This document shows positions 62,052-64,000 of a DNA stretch of 64,000 nt, piece after piece. The stretch spans positions 353,834 through 417,833 of the forward strand of contig RDEW01000022.1 of assembly GCA_011109175.1 (NCBI GenBank), in the 5' to 3' direction. The notes below the pieces were generated by a model, which was not told where the DNA came from, made no database searches, and saw nothing but the letters and a program-made list of their open reading frames with translations. Both the position numbers and the translations under genes were made by a program. Numbering within the stretch: the stretch's first letter is position 1; each line of letters starts with the position of its first letter. This DNA comes from Dicyema japonicum. Its lineage: Eukaryota > Animalia > Dicyemida.

Positions 62052-62692
62052 TGAAATGAAAATGCATTAAACAACAGGTTATAAAATAGGTATCTATCAG
62101 TCCGCCAGTTGGCCTGGACAGTTCATCCGGGTACCTTTTTTCCTTGCTAACCATCCATTTGCTGCTCTAGTAAGTCACACACCCTAATTTCATCTCCAGA
62201 ACGTTGTAGGTGCAAAGCCAGTAAGCCCATCTCAAGTTAGTTCTCTCTTTGTAGGTCCTTTCCCAGTATGTTCTTCCACAGTGGTTCCAAGCCGTCCTGT
62301 AGGGACCGATGATGTGGTTAACAAAGTCCCGTGTAGATCCCAATTCGAATATAGGGATCAATTGTTGTGGGTACTAAGTCCAACTTGGAAAATATCCGGA
62401 GATTTTGGCCCTTTGGCTACTGCGTCCCCCAAAAGGTTCCTTCGTTCTTGTAGAATATGTCCAATCGGCCCGTAGTATGTTTCTAAACCTTGTAATATGT
62501 TCCTTCGTCTTGTAGAATAAGTTCATTCGACTTGTAATACATTTCTTCGCTTTGAGGAGATTCCCTTGCAGTGCAATAGGTTCCTTCGTCTTGTAATATG
62601 GCCCTTGTAATTTGGATCTTCGCCTTTAAACTCCTCCGACTTGAGAACATGAAAGTAGCACCAGTGGCACCACCTCCTTATGTTTTTAATAC
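62052..62692 (-). mobile_element. 641-bp retroposed insert, probably an RLE-retrotransposon 3' fragment
   Basis: 12-bp TSD TTCAAAAGGAAA (62040-62051, 62693-62704); minus-strand tail TTTTCATTTCA; 'LIPIFELGST...LCTYNVLEMKLG' resembles an R4/NeSL C-terminus. Confidence 0.6.
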
Positions 62693-63018
62693 TTCAAAAG
62701 GAAAAGTCAGAGAGCATTTATACTACGAAAAGAAATACATGAATTTCTTAAAGACGTCAAACCAAAACTGCATGAAAAATTTTCTGATACTCGATTTTTG
62801 ACTTAATTTTTGGTGGTATATCTGTGAATTTTGTTAATTTACAACTGCAAGGAAGAGATACCACAGTCTGCCATTGTCATGAAAAAATGACTGGTTTCAA
62901 AATGAAACTAGAACTGAGGAATTCTGAATTAAATAGTTACAACTTTGCGCCATTTCCACATCTAAATACATTTATTGATGAAAATGATCTTTGCATTGAT
63001 GTGATGAAACAACATTAT

Positions 63019-64000
63019 TTATTATTATTATTACCCCCAGGATCACTGGGTCAAAGAGAAAGAAATAAAAGTTCTCATCTAACTAAGTGATCCCAGATCG
63101 ACAAAGGTGAGGACGAGTCCGGCGGGGTCGAGAATCCTGAACAGCTCTTCTCATAGGACATGGCATCGGCTCACAATTTCTGTATGATTGTAGATAATTC
63201 GATAGTATTTGGAATAGAGGGCAGCTCGGTAGAACAGCCTCCTTTAATAGTTTTCGTTGTATTTCAATTAAAAAATTTTCAATAGGTTGGATGTTGTGAT
63301 CTGGTCCAATTAACCTCATTGCAGTCTCCTCGATTGCAGATAACTTCAATGTGGAAGATCGTGACATTTGCATTGCCCATGAAGGACTTGCATACGTCTT
63401 CGTTGGTCGGATGAATTGTTTGTATATCGTGGCAAGGATCCCAGTTTGATCTCTAAATATTTTGAGAGCACTTTTAAAATTCTTAATTTTTTCAGAGCAG
63501 AAGTTACTCTGTTTTCAACATGCCGGATAAAGGTGAGTCCCTGATCAAAGGTTACTCCCAGAATCTTCGGTGTTTTGTTAATAGAGATAGCTTCGTTCTT
63601 CATTTTGGTTCGATACAGAGCTGTCTCTTGTAGGTGGTAAACAGTGTGACAAAGGACTTTGCTGCTGATTTGTCAAGTCTCCGCTTCGAGAGCCATAGTT
63701 CCAAGTTATCGAGCATTTGTTGAGCCAACTGAGTCGCTGATTGAATGTTCTGTCCTTGGAGGCAAGAATGATATCGTCGGCATATGAGAGGATTAGACAG
63801 TTTTCATTACAGGTTTGTGGCATGTCGTTTATGTAGAGATTGAAGAGTTGGGGTGATAGTGGTGAGCCTTGAGGGACTCCATTTGGGAAATAGCGAGATC
63901 TTGATTTGATGTTGTTGCAGAGCACTTGTGCTCGTCTTCCATTTAGGAAGTTTCCAAGCCAAAGTTTCAGGTTCGGATGGATGTTGGTTTCATATATTTT
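63019..64000 (-). mobile_element. Ingi/Vingi-like LINE, RT to 3' end
   Basis: 'PNGVPQGSPLSPQLFNLYINDMP...ILSYADDIILASKD', 'KTPKILGVTFD', '...LCRSGIT*' and a (TAA)n tail. Confidence 0.92.

Larger units (their letters stand above)
60705..63015 (+). mobile_element. hAT (ZBED5-like) interrupted by two SINEs and an RLE-like insert
   Basis: TIR CAGTGTTTCTCAAACT at 60705; 'LKPSNLKRHMES', 'ISLSNETVSRRINDL', 'LHSHVRWLSKG' and 'VNLQLQG'. Confidence 0.85.

Noticed and set aside
1-64000. CRISPR arrays, rRNA, prokaryotic operons or defence systems
   Set aside because: None seen; the sequence is eukaryotic and its repeats are two-unit duplications or TE copies.

Overview
AT-rich eukaryotic (metazoan-type) genomic DNA with ultra-short spliceosomal introns (mostly 21-27 nt). 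These introns, plus a ciliary gene (IQCB1), point to a dicyemid-like reduced parasite rather than a myxozoan or microsporidian (inference). Host genes reconstructed by eye: Y-box protein, UAP56/DDX39B, SLC17-family transporter, IQCB1/NPHP5, MBOAT1/2-like acyltransferase, RMI1, Munc18/STXBP1, COMMD3, MON2, tweety, IMPACT and one unidentified gene. Roughly half of the window is nested, mostly decayed mobile DNA: single-ORF APE-RT LINEs of Ingi/Vingi type, RTE LINEs, R4-like and CRE-like RLE retroelements, several hAT transposons and several SINE families. The most notable signal is that four divergent Ingi/Vingi-like LINE 5' ends share a 67-85 nt covarying pseudoknot with HDV-ribozyme-like topology but a variable P3/L3. 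Two of them are followed by 2A/StopGo-like peptides ahead of the endonuclease. The 3' ends of these LINEs and of their partner SINEs share a GGGATCAC core that also encodes the last codons of the ORF. All family assignments come from motif recognition, not database searches, and element boundaries are approximate unless TIR/TSD evidence is given.
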